Shown: positions 1-8,052, numbered from the stretch's first letter. The stretch: 14,415 nucleotides of DNA from Deinococcaceae bacterium (GCA_040256005.1 JBDZWC010000040.1:1-14415), one strand, 5' to 3'. The notes: generated by a model not told the origin, from the letters alone. A program made the numbers and translations.

Positions 1-202
1 CGTTCAGCCCGTCAAGGGTCCAGACATCTGGGTAGTCCCGAATCGCCTTGTAGATATCTCTCTCGGCCAGACCGGAGTCCCACGCGGCACGCGCGACTGG
101 CACTACGCGGGCGCCGACCGCATGCAAGTACCAGTACAGGACTTGCGCAGGGGTAGAAAGTCCTCGCGGATGCACACTGTCATTTTGCCAGGGATGAGAC
201 AA
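1..202 (-). CDS. Partial hypothetical protein (possible HTH-like), runs off the left edge of the window
   Basis: Hand translation of the minus strand from TTG at 202 (or GTG at 175) is open to the edge: LSHPWQNDSVHPRGLSTPAQVLYWYLHAVGARVVPVARAAWDSGLAERDIYKAIRDYPDVWTLDGLN. The composition is protein-like, with an HTH-like 'VARAAWDSGLAERDIYKAI' segment. Not in the ORF track because it lacks a stop in the window. Confidence 0.45.
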   Translation of the reverse strand, partial: MSHPWQNDSVHPRGLSTPAQVLYWYLHAVGARVVPVARAAWDSGLAERDIYKAIRDYPDVWTLDGLN

Positions 203-258
203 CAGTTCGAACGTCTAACGCGAGGCGCGCAGCCCGGACCCCCCGCGCAAGTTGGAGC

Positions 259-287
259 TTGACGAACAGCACGCCCGCCCCTAAGAT
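259..287 (+). promoter_or_regulatory. Sigma70/SigA-type promoter of the sugar operon
   Basis: TTGACG (259-264), 17-nt spacer, TAAGAT (282-287), directly upstream of the operator pair and the lacI-family gene. Confidence 0.8.
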
Positions 288-289
288 GC

Positions 290-317
290 CGAAAACGATT
301 TCGCGAAAACGATTTCG
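290..317. promoter_or_regulatory. Tandem LacI-family operator pair (CGAAAACGATTTCG x2)
   Basis: Perfect 14-bp direct repeat at 290-303 and 304-317. Each unit is a 12/14 palindrome with a central CG, resembling the AAAC/GTTT core typical of LacI/PurR/CcpA-family sites. It overlaps the expected +1. Confidence 0.8.
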
Positions 318-342
318 GACCGTAGAGGGACATGGCAGACCT

Positions 343-1386
343 TTGAAGAAGCAGGTCACTTTGCAAGACGTTGCTCAGCACGCGCAGGTGGGGACCAGCA
401 CCGTGTCCAAGGTCCTCAACGGCTACCCGGATGTTGCGGAGAGCACGAGAGAACGTGTACTGGCCTCCGTGCGCGAGCTCGAATTCCGACCCAACCGTGC
501 TGCGCGTAGCTTCCGCACCGGCAAGACCCAGACCGTGTCGGTGTTCATGCCGATGATCGGCACCGAGTTCTATGACCGCCTGATCACGGCCATCGACGAC
601 GCCTTGGCCTCGCACGACTACGATGCGGCGCTGTTCCCGCTCCTCAACGAGAAGAGGCTGGAGAGGTATCGCTCGGCCGAGGCTCTTCCCTATCAGGCTG
701 ATGCGCTCATCCTGGCGTCACTCAACCCCGACTGGCTGTTCGCCGACGCTCGCCTTCCAGCGCCGCTCCCGGCCGTCCTGGTGGACGCCTACCACGCTGA
801 ATACGACACGGTGACGTTCGACAACGCGCGCGGCGCTGCACTGGCGACGTCGCACCTGCTCGAGGTGAACGCCCCCACGTTCGCGGTCATGGTCGAGCGC
901 TTCCAGGAAGGGACGTTCTCTAGCGGCGTGTTCATCGAGCGCCACAAGGGATTCCAGCATGCTGTCGAGAGTCACGATCCGCGCGTTCATGCAGAGGTTC
1001 TCGAGGTGCCGTTCGATCCCACGGGAGGCGCCGAAGCGCTCGCTCAAGTCCTGGCCCGTTTCGAACCACCCCTGAACGTCTTCGCTAGCTGCGACCTGCT
1101 TGCGAAGGGCGTTGTCGACGAGGCCCGAAGGCAGGGCCTGCAGATCGGTCTGGACGTGCGTGTCGTCGGCGTGGACGACCAACCGTGGGCGGAGGACCTG
1201 GGACTCAGCACGATTCGCCAGCCGATAGAGCAGATGGGATCCCATGCCGCCGAGCTCGTGCTGGCGCGGTTGGCCAAGCCCGGAGCCGCGCCCAGACATA
1301 TCGAACTCGAACCGACGTTGGTGGTCAGAGGCTCGAGTGAAGGAGGTGGTCAGCCGCACCCCATCCGCCCTACTCAGATCAATTGA
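343..1386 (+). CDS. LacI family transcriptional regulator
   Basis: N-terminal HTH 'VTLQDVAQHAQVGTSTVSKVLNG', hinge 'FRPNRAARSF', and sugar-binding domain with 'VVGVDD...LSTIRQP...PTLVVRGS'. Start moved to TTG at 343 because the ORF-track start (259) lies in the promoter. Confidence 0.93.
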   Translation: MKKQVTLQDVAQHAQVGTSTVSKVLNGYPDVAESTRERVLASVRELEFRPNRAARSFRTGKTQTVSVFMPMIGTEFYDRLITAIDDALASHDYDAALFPLLNEKRLERYRSAEALPYQADALILASLNPDWLFADARLPAPLPAVLVDAYHAEYDTVTFDNARGAALATSHLLEVNAPTFAVMVERFQEGTFSSGVFIERHKGFQHAVESHDPRVHAEVLEVPFDPTGGAEALAQVLARFEPPLNVFASCDLLAKGVVDEARRQGLQIGLDVRVVGVDDQPWAEDLGLSTIRQPIEQMGSHAAELVLARLAKPGAAPRHIELEPTLVVRGSSEGGGQPHPIRPTQIN

Positions 1387-1434
1387 CGCCTCCGGTCCAA
1401 CCGACGTCAACTAGACGGAGACTCAAGGAGCATC

Positions 1435-2661
1435 ATGTTCATACGTAGAACCCTCGCCGGCCTGATCGTATTGGCGCTCTGTGCCGGCGCAACAGCGCAG
1501 CACCTGACGTTCTGGCACTACTGGGACGGCGCGAACGGCCAGGCGCTTCAAGCTCTAATCGACCGGTATGAGGAACAGAACCCCGGCGTGACGATCGAGG
1601 CCGTGTTCGTTCCCGGGAGCGAACTGATCACGAGATTGCAGACAGCAATCCAAGGGAGGCAGACCCCGAGCTTCGCGATCTCGGACCTGGTCGCGATGCC
1701 GCTGCTTATCGACAGCGGTGCTCTGGCGCCGCTCGATGACTACATCGCCTCGTCCGATCTGGACCTGGACGACTATTTCCCCGGCCCCATGGTCTACGGG
1801 CTCAAGGATGGACAACGGTACAGCCTGCCCGTGACGGCCTCGAACCTCGCCCTGTTCTGGAACAAGGACCTGTTCGAGGAGGCTGGTCTCGACCCCAACC
1901 GCCCGCCCCAGACCTGGGAAGAACTGGTCGAGTTCGGACAGCAGATTCACGACCGCACCGGGCAATGGGGCTACGAGCTGTTCACGGACGGCGGTGAAGG
2001 TACCAGCTGGCAATGGCAGGTCTTCCTTTGGAGCGCGGGCGGAGACGTTCTCTCGGACGATCTCAGCGAGCCGGCATTCGACTCACAGGCCGGAGAGCGT
2101 GCTCTCCAAGCATGGGTCGATCTCGTGCACGAGTCGGATGTCAGTACCATCGCTCCATGGGGTCTCTTCGGTCGCGGCCAGGCCGCCATGGTCATGGACG
2201 GCTCGTGGATGACTCAGTTCTTCCCCATGCAGGTGGACTTCCCGCTGGGCAGTGCGCTGTTCCCCGCGGCGGATGCCGGTGACTATGCCAGCAACCTGGG
2301 TGGCGAGCAGGTCTTCATCTTCGAAGGGGACGACGCCACCGAGCAGGCGGCGTGGGACTTCATCGAATGGTTCAGCTCGACCGAGGTTCAGGTCGAATGG
2401 GACCGCAACACGGGCTTCATGCCTATAAGGGCGTCGGTCGCCGACGACCCGGCCTACCAGGCTTGGGTGGCTAACGCGCGGCCACTGCTTCAGCCGTTCG
2501 TGGAGGCCATGACCTACGCTCGTGCTCGTCCGCCTATCGAGAACTACCCTCGCGTGTCCGACACGTTGGCGAAGTACCTCTTGGAAGCCGTTTACCAGCG
2601 TATGACGCCTGGTCAAGCTCTTGACGCCGCGGCGGCGGAGATCGCGCCGCTTCTGCCGTAG
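1435..2661 (+). CDS. Carbohydrate ABC transporter (CUT1) substrate-binding protein
   Basis: AAGGAG SD at 1425-1430 and a Sec signal peptide (…ATA|Q). Family motifs 'LTFWHYW', 'LFWNKDLFEEAGL…PPQTWEEL', 'AAMVMDGSW', 'AAWDFIEW'. Confidence 0.95.
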   Translation: MFIRRTLAGLIVLALCAGATAQHLTFWHYWDGANGQALQALIDRYEEQNPGVTIEAVFVPGSELITRLQTAIQGRQTPSFAISDLVAMPLLIDSGALAPLDDYIASSDLDLDDYFPGPMVYGLKDGQRYSLPVTASNLALFWNKDLFEEAGLDPNRPPQTWEELVEFGQQIHDRTGQWGYELFTDGGEGTSWQWQVFLWSAGGDVLSDDLSEPAFDSQAGERALQAWVDLVHESDVSTIAPWGLFGRGQAAMVMDGSWMTQFFPMQVDFPLGSALFPAADAGDYASNLGGEQVFIFEGDDATEQAAWDFIEWFSSTEVQVEWDRNTGFMPIRASVADDPAYQAWVANARPLLQPFVEAMTYARARPPIENYPRVSDTLAKYLLEAVYQRMTPGQALDAAAAEIAPLLP

Positions 2662-2668
2662 TACCGGT

Positions 2669-2721
2669 GGCGGTGCCGGGGCCCATAGACTCACGACATA
2701 GCCGCTGGGATCGGCATCGCC
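2669..2721 (+). other. Intercistronic stem-loop between the binding-protein and permease genes
   Basis: GGCGGTGCCG (2669-2678) pairs with CGGCATCGCC (2712-2721), with one G-U. Inner CCCA/TGGG pairing; no U-tract. Confidence 0.55.
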
Positions 2722-2737
2722 CGCCCACTTCGTTCGG

Positions 2738-3664
2738 ATGACTTTACGCGAGAGCCGAGTCGCCGGAAGCCGGGTCCGTCCCGGCTTCCGGCGTTCTATG
2801 GCAGAGCTTCCCGCCGCTCTTCTATTGCTCTTACCCGCGTTGCTGGTGTTGGCGGTGTTCAACATCTACCCTGCGCTGCAGTCCTTGAACCTGAGCTTCT
2901 TCGACTGGAACGGCATCAGCCCCACCAAAGAGGCCGTCGGGTTGGAGAACTATCGCGCCATCTTCCGCTCGCCGGAGTTCTGGAACTCCCTGCGCGTGAC
3001 CGTCTTCTACTCGGCAGGCATGACGGCTTGCGCTCTCGTGATCGGGCTACTGGCTGCCGTTCTTCTCAACCAGCCCATCCAGGGCATCGCCCTCTACCGT
3101 GTGCTCTTCTTCCTCCCGGTCATCACGCCAACCGTGGCTGCCGGCGTCGTGTGGCGCTACCTGTTCGACCCGTCGCAGGGCGTCGTCAACAGGTCACTCG
3201 CGCTTATCGGTGTAGACGGACCATCCTGGCTCACTGATCCGAGTTGGGCGCTGTTCGCTGTGATCATCGTCGCCGTCTGGAAGCGGGTCGGGTTCAACCT
3301 CGTGATCTACCTGGCAGCGCTGCAAGGGATACCGCGTACCTATTACGAGGCGGCCGAGCTCGACGGCGCCAACACCTGGCAGACGCTGCGTTACGTCACG
3401 ATCCCTCTGCTCGCACCGGCGACGTTCTTCCTGACGGTTACGTCGCTGATAGACGCCTTCCAAGTCTTCGACCTCGTCTACGTGATGACGTCGGGCGGGC
3501 CCTTGGGAAGCACCGATGTTTTCGGCCATCTGCTCTATCGGTACGGCTTCCGCTACCACGAACTCGGCTACGCCTCAGCCATCGCCTACGTGATGTTCGT
3601 CCTTATCTTCGTGGTCACCTTGATCCAGTTCCGATTGACGCGAGGCGGAAGCCATGAGGGCTAG
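2738..3664 (+). CDS. Carbohydrate ABC transporter permease (MalF/UgpA-like)
   Basis: Multiple TM helices, 'VGLENY', EAA loop 'YYEAAELDGANTWQTLRYVTIPLL', 'MTSGGP'. The start could alternatively be ATG at 2798. Confidence 0.95.
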   Translation: MTLRESRVAGSRVRPGFRRSMAELPAALLLLLPALLVLAVFNIYPALQSLNLSFFDWNGISPTKEAVGLENYRAIFRSPEFWNSLRVTVFYSAGMTACALVIGLLAAVLLNQPIQGIALYRVLFFLPVITPTVAAGVVWRYLFDPSQGVVNRSLALIGVDGPSWLTDPSWALFAVIIVAVWKRVGFNLVIYLAALQGIPRTYYEAAELDGANTWQTLRYVTIPLLAPATFFLTVTSLIDAFQVFDLVYVMTSGGPLGSTDVFGHLLYRYGFRYHELGYASAIAYVMFVLIFVVTLIQFRLTRGGSHEG

Positions 3665-4475
3665 GCGCACGCGGAAGGCCGTCATCCACTTGGTGCTAAT
3701 TGCCGGCGCGTTCGTAGCGTCCATGCCCTTCCTATGGATGATCACGACCTCCCTCAAGCCGGCCGGCGCCCTGTACCAGCAGCCACTGCTGATTCCGGTG
3801 CACTTCCACTGGCGCAACTACGTGGAGGCATGGAACGCCGCCCCGTTCCCGCGCTTCTTCCTTAACAGCGCGATCATGGCGGTGGGCATAACGCTGTGCC
3901 AGACGCTGTTCTCTGGCATGGCCGGATATGCGTTCGCCAGGCTCAAGTTCCCCGGAAGGAACACACTCTTTCTCGTCGTGCTCGGCACGATGATGGTGCC
4001 GTTTCCAGTGACGCTCATCCCCAGCTACATCATCGTCGCCAACCTCGGCTGGCTGGACACCTACCAAGCGCTGATCGTCCCCAGGGCCGCGAGCGCGTTC
4101 GCGATCTTCCTCTTCAGGCAGTTCTTCCTGACTATCCCGCGCGAATTCGAAGATGCGGCGCGCATCGACAGCGCCGGCCGACTTACGATCTTCTGGCGCA
4201 TCGCCTTGCCCCTTTCCACGCCGGTGATCGCGGCCAGCGCGGTCTTCTCCTTCCTCTTCGCCTGGAACGACTTCCTGTGGCCGTTGGTCGTGACGACCAG
4301 CCCTCGCATGCAGCCCATTCAAGTGGGGCTGGCGATGTTCCAAGGGCAATACGGCACGTTCTGGACACTATTGATGGCTGCGACGGTACTCACGATCGTC
4401 CCAGCCATCCTCGTCTTCCTCCTCGCTCAGCGCCGGTTCATCGAAGGCCTCACGGCCGGCGGCCTCAAAGGATGA
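3654..4475 (+). CDS. Carbohydrate ABC transporter permease (MalG/UgpE-like)
   Basis: EAA loop 'IPREFEDAARIDSAG', 'FAWNDFLWPLVV', C-terminal 'QRRFIEGLTAGGLKG'. Overlaps the previous gene by 11 nt. Confidence 0.95.
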   Translation: MRARRTRKAVIHLVLIAGAFVASMPFLWMITTSLKPAGALYQQPLLIPVHFHWRNYVEAWNAAPFPRFFLNSAIMAVGITLCQTLFSGMAGYAFARLKFPGRNTLFLVVLGTMMVPFPVTLIPSYIIVANLGWLDTYQALIVPRAASAFAIFLFRQFFLTIPREFEDAARIDSAGRLTIFWRIALPLSTPVIAASAVFSFLFAWNDFLWPLVVTTSPRMQPIQVGLAMFQGQYGTFWTLLMAATVLTIVPAILVFLLAQRRFIEGLTAGGLKG

Positions 4476-5866
4476 CCATGACCGTTCCGGATTGGGTGCA
4501 AGACGCGATCTTCTATCAGGTGTTCCCAGACCGTTTCAGGAACGGTGACCCCAGCAACGATCCTGTAGAAGTCGTGGATTGGGGGGCGCGACCAACACGA
4601 GAGAACTTCTTCGGCGGTGACCTGGCGGGGGTGATCGAGGGCCTCCCGTACATAGAGGACCTCGGGTGCAACGCGATCTACCTCAACCCCATATTCGCAG
4701 CGGGAACGAACCACCGCTACGACACGCACGATTACTTCGAAATCGACCCTGTACTGGGGGACGACGCCGTGTTCGACGAACTCGTCTCGCAAGCCCACAG
4801 CAGGGGCATCCGCGTGGTCCTCGATGGGGTCTTCAACCACTGCGGGCTCGGCTTCGCGCCGTTCCAGGACCTTCTGGAGAACGGCGAGCGTTCGCGCTAT
4901 CGCAGGTGGTTCGACGTCTACGACTTTCCGGTGCGGGTCGGAGAGCAACCGAACTACGCCACCTGCGGCGGCGCCTACTACTTGCCGCGGCTCAACGCCT
5001 CTGAGCCCGAGGTAGAGCGGTTCGTGCACGAGGTGGCGCTCCATTGGCTGGCTCGCGGCATCGACGGGTGGCGTCTGGATGTCCCGTATGAGATCGAGAC
5101 GGACTTCTGGCGGCGCTTTCGGAGCGTCGTCAAGGAGGCGTTTCCCAGCGCCTATCTGGTTGCCGAAGAGTGGCGCAACCCCAGTGCGTACTTGACAGGA
5201 GACACCTTCGACGGCGTCACCGACTATGAGCTCAGAGGGCTCATTGTCGACTTCTTCGCCAAGCGGGCTTTGACGGGCGAAGCGTTCCTCCGCGGCTACG
5301 AGACGCTGCGCCATCACAGGCCGAACGGCAGCTCATTCGGGATGCTGAACATCCTAGGAACACACGACACAGCTCGGGTGATGACAGAGTTCCGTCGCGA
5401 CGAGGAGCTTGTGAAAGCGGCTTTCACCGGCCTGTTCACACTGCCCGGGGCTCCCGTCGTCTACTACGGCGACGAGGTGGGGATGGAGGGAGAGAACGAC
5501 CCGGACTGCCGCCGCGCCTTCCCGTGGGAGGAAAGCGAGTGGAACGAGTCGCTACGCACTCATATCCAGCGGCTAGCCGACGTTCGGAGCCGCTACGCGT
5601 GTCTCAGGCGCGGCACATTCTCACCAGCCTTCGGGAACGACCGAGTAGCGAGCTACGCCCGGGAGTTCGACGGCGAGGTCTCCCTGGTAATCCTGAACGC
5701 CACCGAGCTACCTCGTGACTTGGACATGCCGGTACCTTTCTCGGCCGGCATGCGGTTCACCGATCTGATCGGCGGCGATTGCTTCGAGGTAGAGGAAGGA
5801 GTCATCCGGTTCGAGCCGCTCCGGCCCAAGTCCGCGATGATCCTCGTGAGATCAGCATCCATATAG
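4472..5866 (+). CDS. Glycoside hydrolase family 13, neopullulanase/cyclomaltodextrinase-like
   Basis: ATGA overlap with the permease stop. 'PDWVQDAIFYQVFPDRF', 'GGDLAG', region I DGVFNH, region V LPRLN, region II GWRLDV (nucleophile D), region III AEEW (acid/base E), region IV GTHDT, 'YYGDEVG…DPDCRR'. The longer ORF-track start at 3896 is a shadow over the permease. Confidence 0.93.
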   Translation: MTMTVPDWVQDAIFYQVFPDRFRNGDPSNDPVEVVDWGARPTRENFFGGDLAGVIEGLPYIEDLGCNAIYLNPIFAAGTNHRYDTHDYFEIDPVLGDDAVFDELVSQAHSRGIRVVLDGVFNHCGLGFAPFQDLLENGERSRYRRWFDVYDFPVRVGEQPNYATCGGAYYLPRLNASEPEVERFVHEVALHWLARGIDGWRLDVPYEIETDFWRRFRSVVKEAFPSAYLVAEEWRNPSAYLTGDTFDGVTDYELRGLIVDFFAKRALTGEAFLRGYETLRHHRPNGSSFGMLNILGTHDTARVMTEFRRDEELVKAAFTGLFTLPGAPVVYYGDEVGMEGENDPDCRRAFPWEESEWNESLRTHIQRLADVRSRYACLRRGTFSPAFGNDRVASYAREFDGEVSLVILNATELPRDLDMPVPFSAGMRFTDLIGGDCFEVEEGVIRFEPLRPKSAMILVRSASI

Positions 5867-6080
5867 GATTCTTGCGCCCTCGCAACGAAGAAGCCCTGGA
5901 CGGCATGAACCAGTTGGTGGGTGGCTGTCACCACCTATGCAGTTGGTTGAGGTACGCGTATGGAATCCCGTGGCACGGCCGCCCCGGCGCCGACTTAAGA
6001 ACGTAGTGACATTGCGAGCGCTATATATGGACCACGAAACACACGGCTGAACCGCCGCTGCGCTCTCAGGGGGATTGGCA

Positions 6081-6515
6081 ATGCTTCAACTGAACGTCAA
6101 AGAGTCGATCTTGCGCCTCACGTTCACGATCTTGGTACTCACAACAGTCGGTGCTGCCTTCGCCGACACTAGTCTGAGGCTCGGCGCGACGTTTCCGGGT
6201 TGGGACAAGCTGAGCTCGTTCGGGGTCGAGGGCCAGGTCGAAGAGTCCATGGCCGACTTGGCGAGCGACTACGCCCGGCAGCTTGGCCGGTTCTGTTCGT
6301 TACCGGAGGTGTTCCTCCGGGAGAACAGCTCCAGCATCTTGACCGCGCTGATCCACTACGAGACCTATCTACCGTTCAACTCGGAAGAGGAAGTACTCCT
6401 GGACTCATTCGATCAGCGGGTATCTATAGTGCACAAGAGCTTTGGTGGCGACGCCCTCGTCGTCATGGTTGACCTTGACGATCTCGGGATCGCCATGGCC
6501 GTGTGTGGAGTCTGA
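6081..6515 (+). CDS. Secreted hypothetical protein
   Basis: AGGGGGA SD 6 nt before ATG 6081. Signal peptide ending AFA|D. Two Cys in the mature part, one near the C-terminus. No family recognised. Confidence 0.7.
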   Translation: MLQLNVKESILRLTFTILVLTTVGAAFADTSLRLGATFPGWDKLSSFGVEGQVEESMADLASDYARQLGRFCSLPEVFLRENSSSILTALIHYETYLPFNSEEEVLLDSFDQRVSIVHKSFGGDALVVMVDLDDLGIAMAVCGV

Positions 6516-6517
6516 CG

Positions 6518-7120
6518 ATGGGCAGACACGCACTTCAAGCGCTCATCATCGTCGCCGCAGCAAACGTCGCTCTGGGCCAGTCGTCTGTAGTCGAGTATTC
6601 CGGGAACGGCCTCTCCAACACTAGACCGTTCACAGTGGAAGACAATTGGGAGATTCAGTGGGACGCAGGAGGCGACCTCTTCCAGGTCTATGTTTTCGAC
6701 CTGGCCGGAGATCTCATAGGAGTCGCCGCGAACCAGATGGGTCCCGGCGGCGGTGCCTCGTTCAACGCCCGCGGCGGAACGTTCTACCTGCAAGTGAACG
6801 CCGTTGGTCCTTGGACTGTACACGTCGTTCAGTTGCCAGCTCAAAGCACGGTTGCGGTCAGGGACGTCCTCCAGTTGGAGGGCGACGGGGCACAGAACAC
6901 TAGGCCGTTCAGCCTTGGCGGTGCGTGGGAGATCCAGTGGGTCGCCACAGGGGACTTGTTCCAGGTCTATGTCTTCTCGGCGGATGGCGATCTGGTGAAC
7001 GTTGCAGCTAACCAGATGGGCGCCGGTGACGGCTACTCATTCCAGCCGCGCGCGGGTGAGTACTACCTTCAGGTCAACGCGACGGGCTCGTGGACAATTC
7101 GAATCGTCCCCCTAGATTAA
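6518..7120 (+). CDS. Secreted hypothetical protein with two tandem beta-rich domains
   Basis: GGAG SD 7 nt before ATG 6518. Signal peptide ending ALG|Q. Two ungapped repeats sharing NTRPF, WEIQW, GDLFQVYVF, VAANQMG and YLQVNA. Confidence 0.85.
   Translation: MGRHALQALIIVAAANVALGQSSVVEYSGNGLSNTRPFTVEDNWEIQWDAGGDLFQVYVFDLAGDLIGVAANQMGPGGGASFNARGGTFYLQVNAVGPWTVHVVQLPAQSTVAVRDVLQLEGDGAQNTRPFSLGGAWEIQWVATGDLFQVYVFSADGDLVNVAANQMGAGDGYSFQPRAGEYYLQVNATGSWTIRIVPLD
6587..7114 (+). repeat. Intragenic domain duplication (6587-6835 and 6866-7114)
   Basis: Manual alignment gives 50/83 identical residues with a 93-aa period and no gaps. DNA blocks such as TTCCAGGTCTATGT and AACCAGATGGG occur in both copies. 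Confidence 0.9.
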
Positions 7121-7184
7121 GGGCTATAACACCGGGTATTTGCGCCCTTCCAGACAATGCCACCCCGTGACAGCCTCGCCAACG

Positions 7185-7213
7185 TTGTGAAGCGTCGGTC
7201 GCTCCGCTATCCT
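7185..7213 (+). promoter_or_regulatory. Putative SigA promoter of the MBL gene
   Basis: TTGTGA (7185-7190), 17 nt, TATCCT (7208-7213). Confidence 0.45.
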
Positions 7214-7272
7214 GACGTCTCGCCTTGCCGAGACGCCGGGTGCCTCGTACCGTGTCGGCCACGGGAGGCAAA

Positions 7273-8052
7273 GTGCCGAAACGCGAACTCTTGGAACTAA
7301 CCACGGAAGTCTGGGTAACCACCAGCCGCCTTTACCAGACGGCAAGCACGATCGTCGCCAAAGACGGCAGGGCCCTCCTCATCGACCCGGCATGGACACC
7401 GGATGAGCTAAAGGGCCTGGCTGACACGGTCGAAGACCTCGGGCTCACGATCACGGCAGGCTTCAGCACGCATGCGCACTTCGACCACCTGTTGTGGCAC
7501 CCTCGCTATGGGGAACCGCCTAGGTGGGCAACTCAACGCACGGTCGAACTAGCGCACGCCGAGCGAGCCAATCTCCATGCGCAGCTCGGCGAACCGTTAG
7601 TGCAGGCAGTGGGCGACACGTTCGCTCAGGTCGCGCCGCTCCCGGGCGACCAGATCCCAGAGCCCTTCGGTCCCGACGGCCCGGACGAGAACGTCGAGGT
7701 GATCGTCCACGACGGGCACTGCCCTGGACATGGCGCGTTGTGGTTCCCGGAGCGGGAGCTGCTGCTGGCCGGCGATATGTTGAGCGACTTCGAGTTGCCT
7801 CTCCCTTTCGGTCCGGACGACCTTCCCGCCTACCTTGATGGGCTCGAGAAGCTGGCGCCGTACGTCGAGCGCGCCAGGTACCTGATCACGGGTCACGGCT
7901 CGCCTACAGACCGGCCGCTTGAGCGGTTGAACGCCGACCGGAGGCTCCTCGATGAACTGCTGGCTGGTCGGGACGTCGACGACCCGAGGCGCGCCGCCCC
8001 CGGTGGCGAGGAGACGTACCAGAAGCTTCGGGCGATGGCAGAGGCGCTTTGA
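7273..8052 (+). CDS. MBL-fold metallo-hydrolase
   Basis: Motifs 'LLIDP', THAHFDH (HxHxDH), GHCPGH, LAGDMLSD and TGHG. GGGAGG SD before GTG 7273. Confidence 0.9.
   Translation: MPKRELLELTTEVWVTTSRLYQTASTIVAKDGRALLIDPAWTPDELKGLADTVEDLGLTITAGFSTHAHFDHLLWHPRYGEPPRWATQRTVELAHAERANLHAQLGEPLVQAVGDTFAQVAPLPGDQIPEPFGPDGPDENVEVIVHDGHCPGHGALWFPERELLLAGDMLSDFELPLPFGPDDLPAYLDGLEKLAPYVERARYLITGHGSPTDRPLERLNADRRLLDELLAGRDVDDPRRAAPGGEETYQKLRAMAEAL

Noticed and set aside
3896..4471. N-terminal 192-aa extension of the GH13 ORF
   Set aside because: It overlaps the permease in another frame, is Arg/Pro-rich shadow sequence, and the ATGA coupling at 4472 marks the real start.
5867..6010. Possible transposase remnant (minus-strand 'RPCHGIPYAYLNQLHRW') and a hairpin after the GH13 stop
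   Set aside because: The similarity to IS1595-type C-termini is too weak and no terminal repeats are visible. The TTGCG/CGCAA stem is short and lacks a U-tract, so it is not called a terminator.
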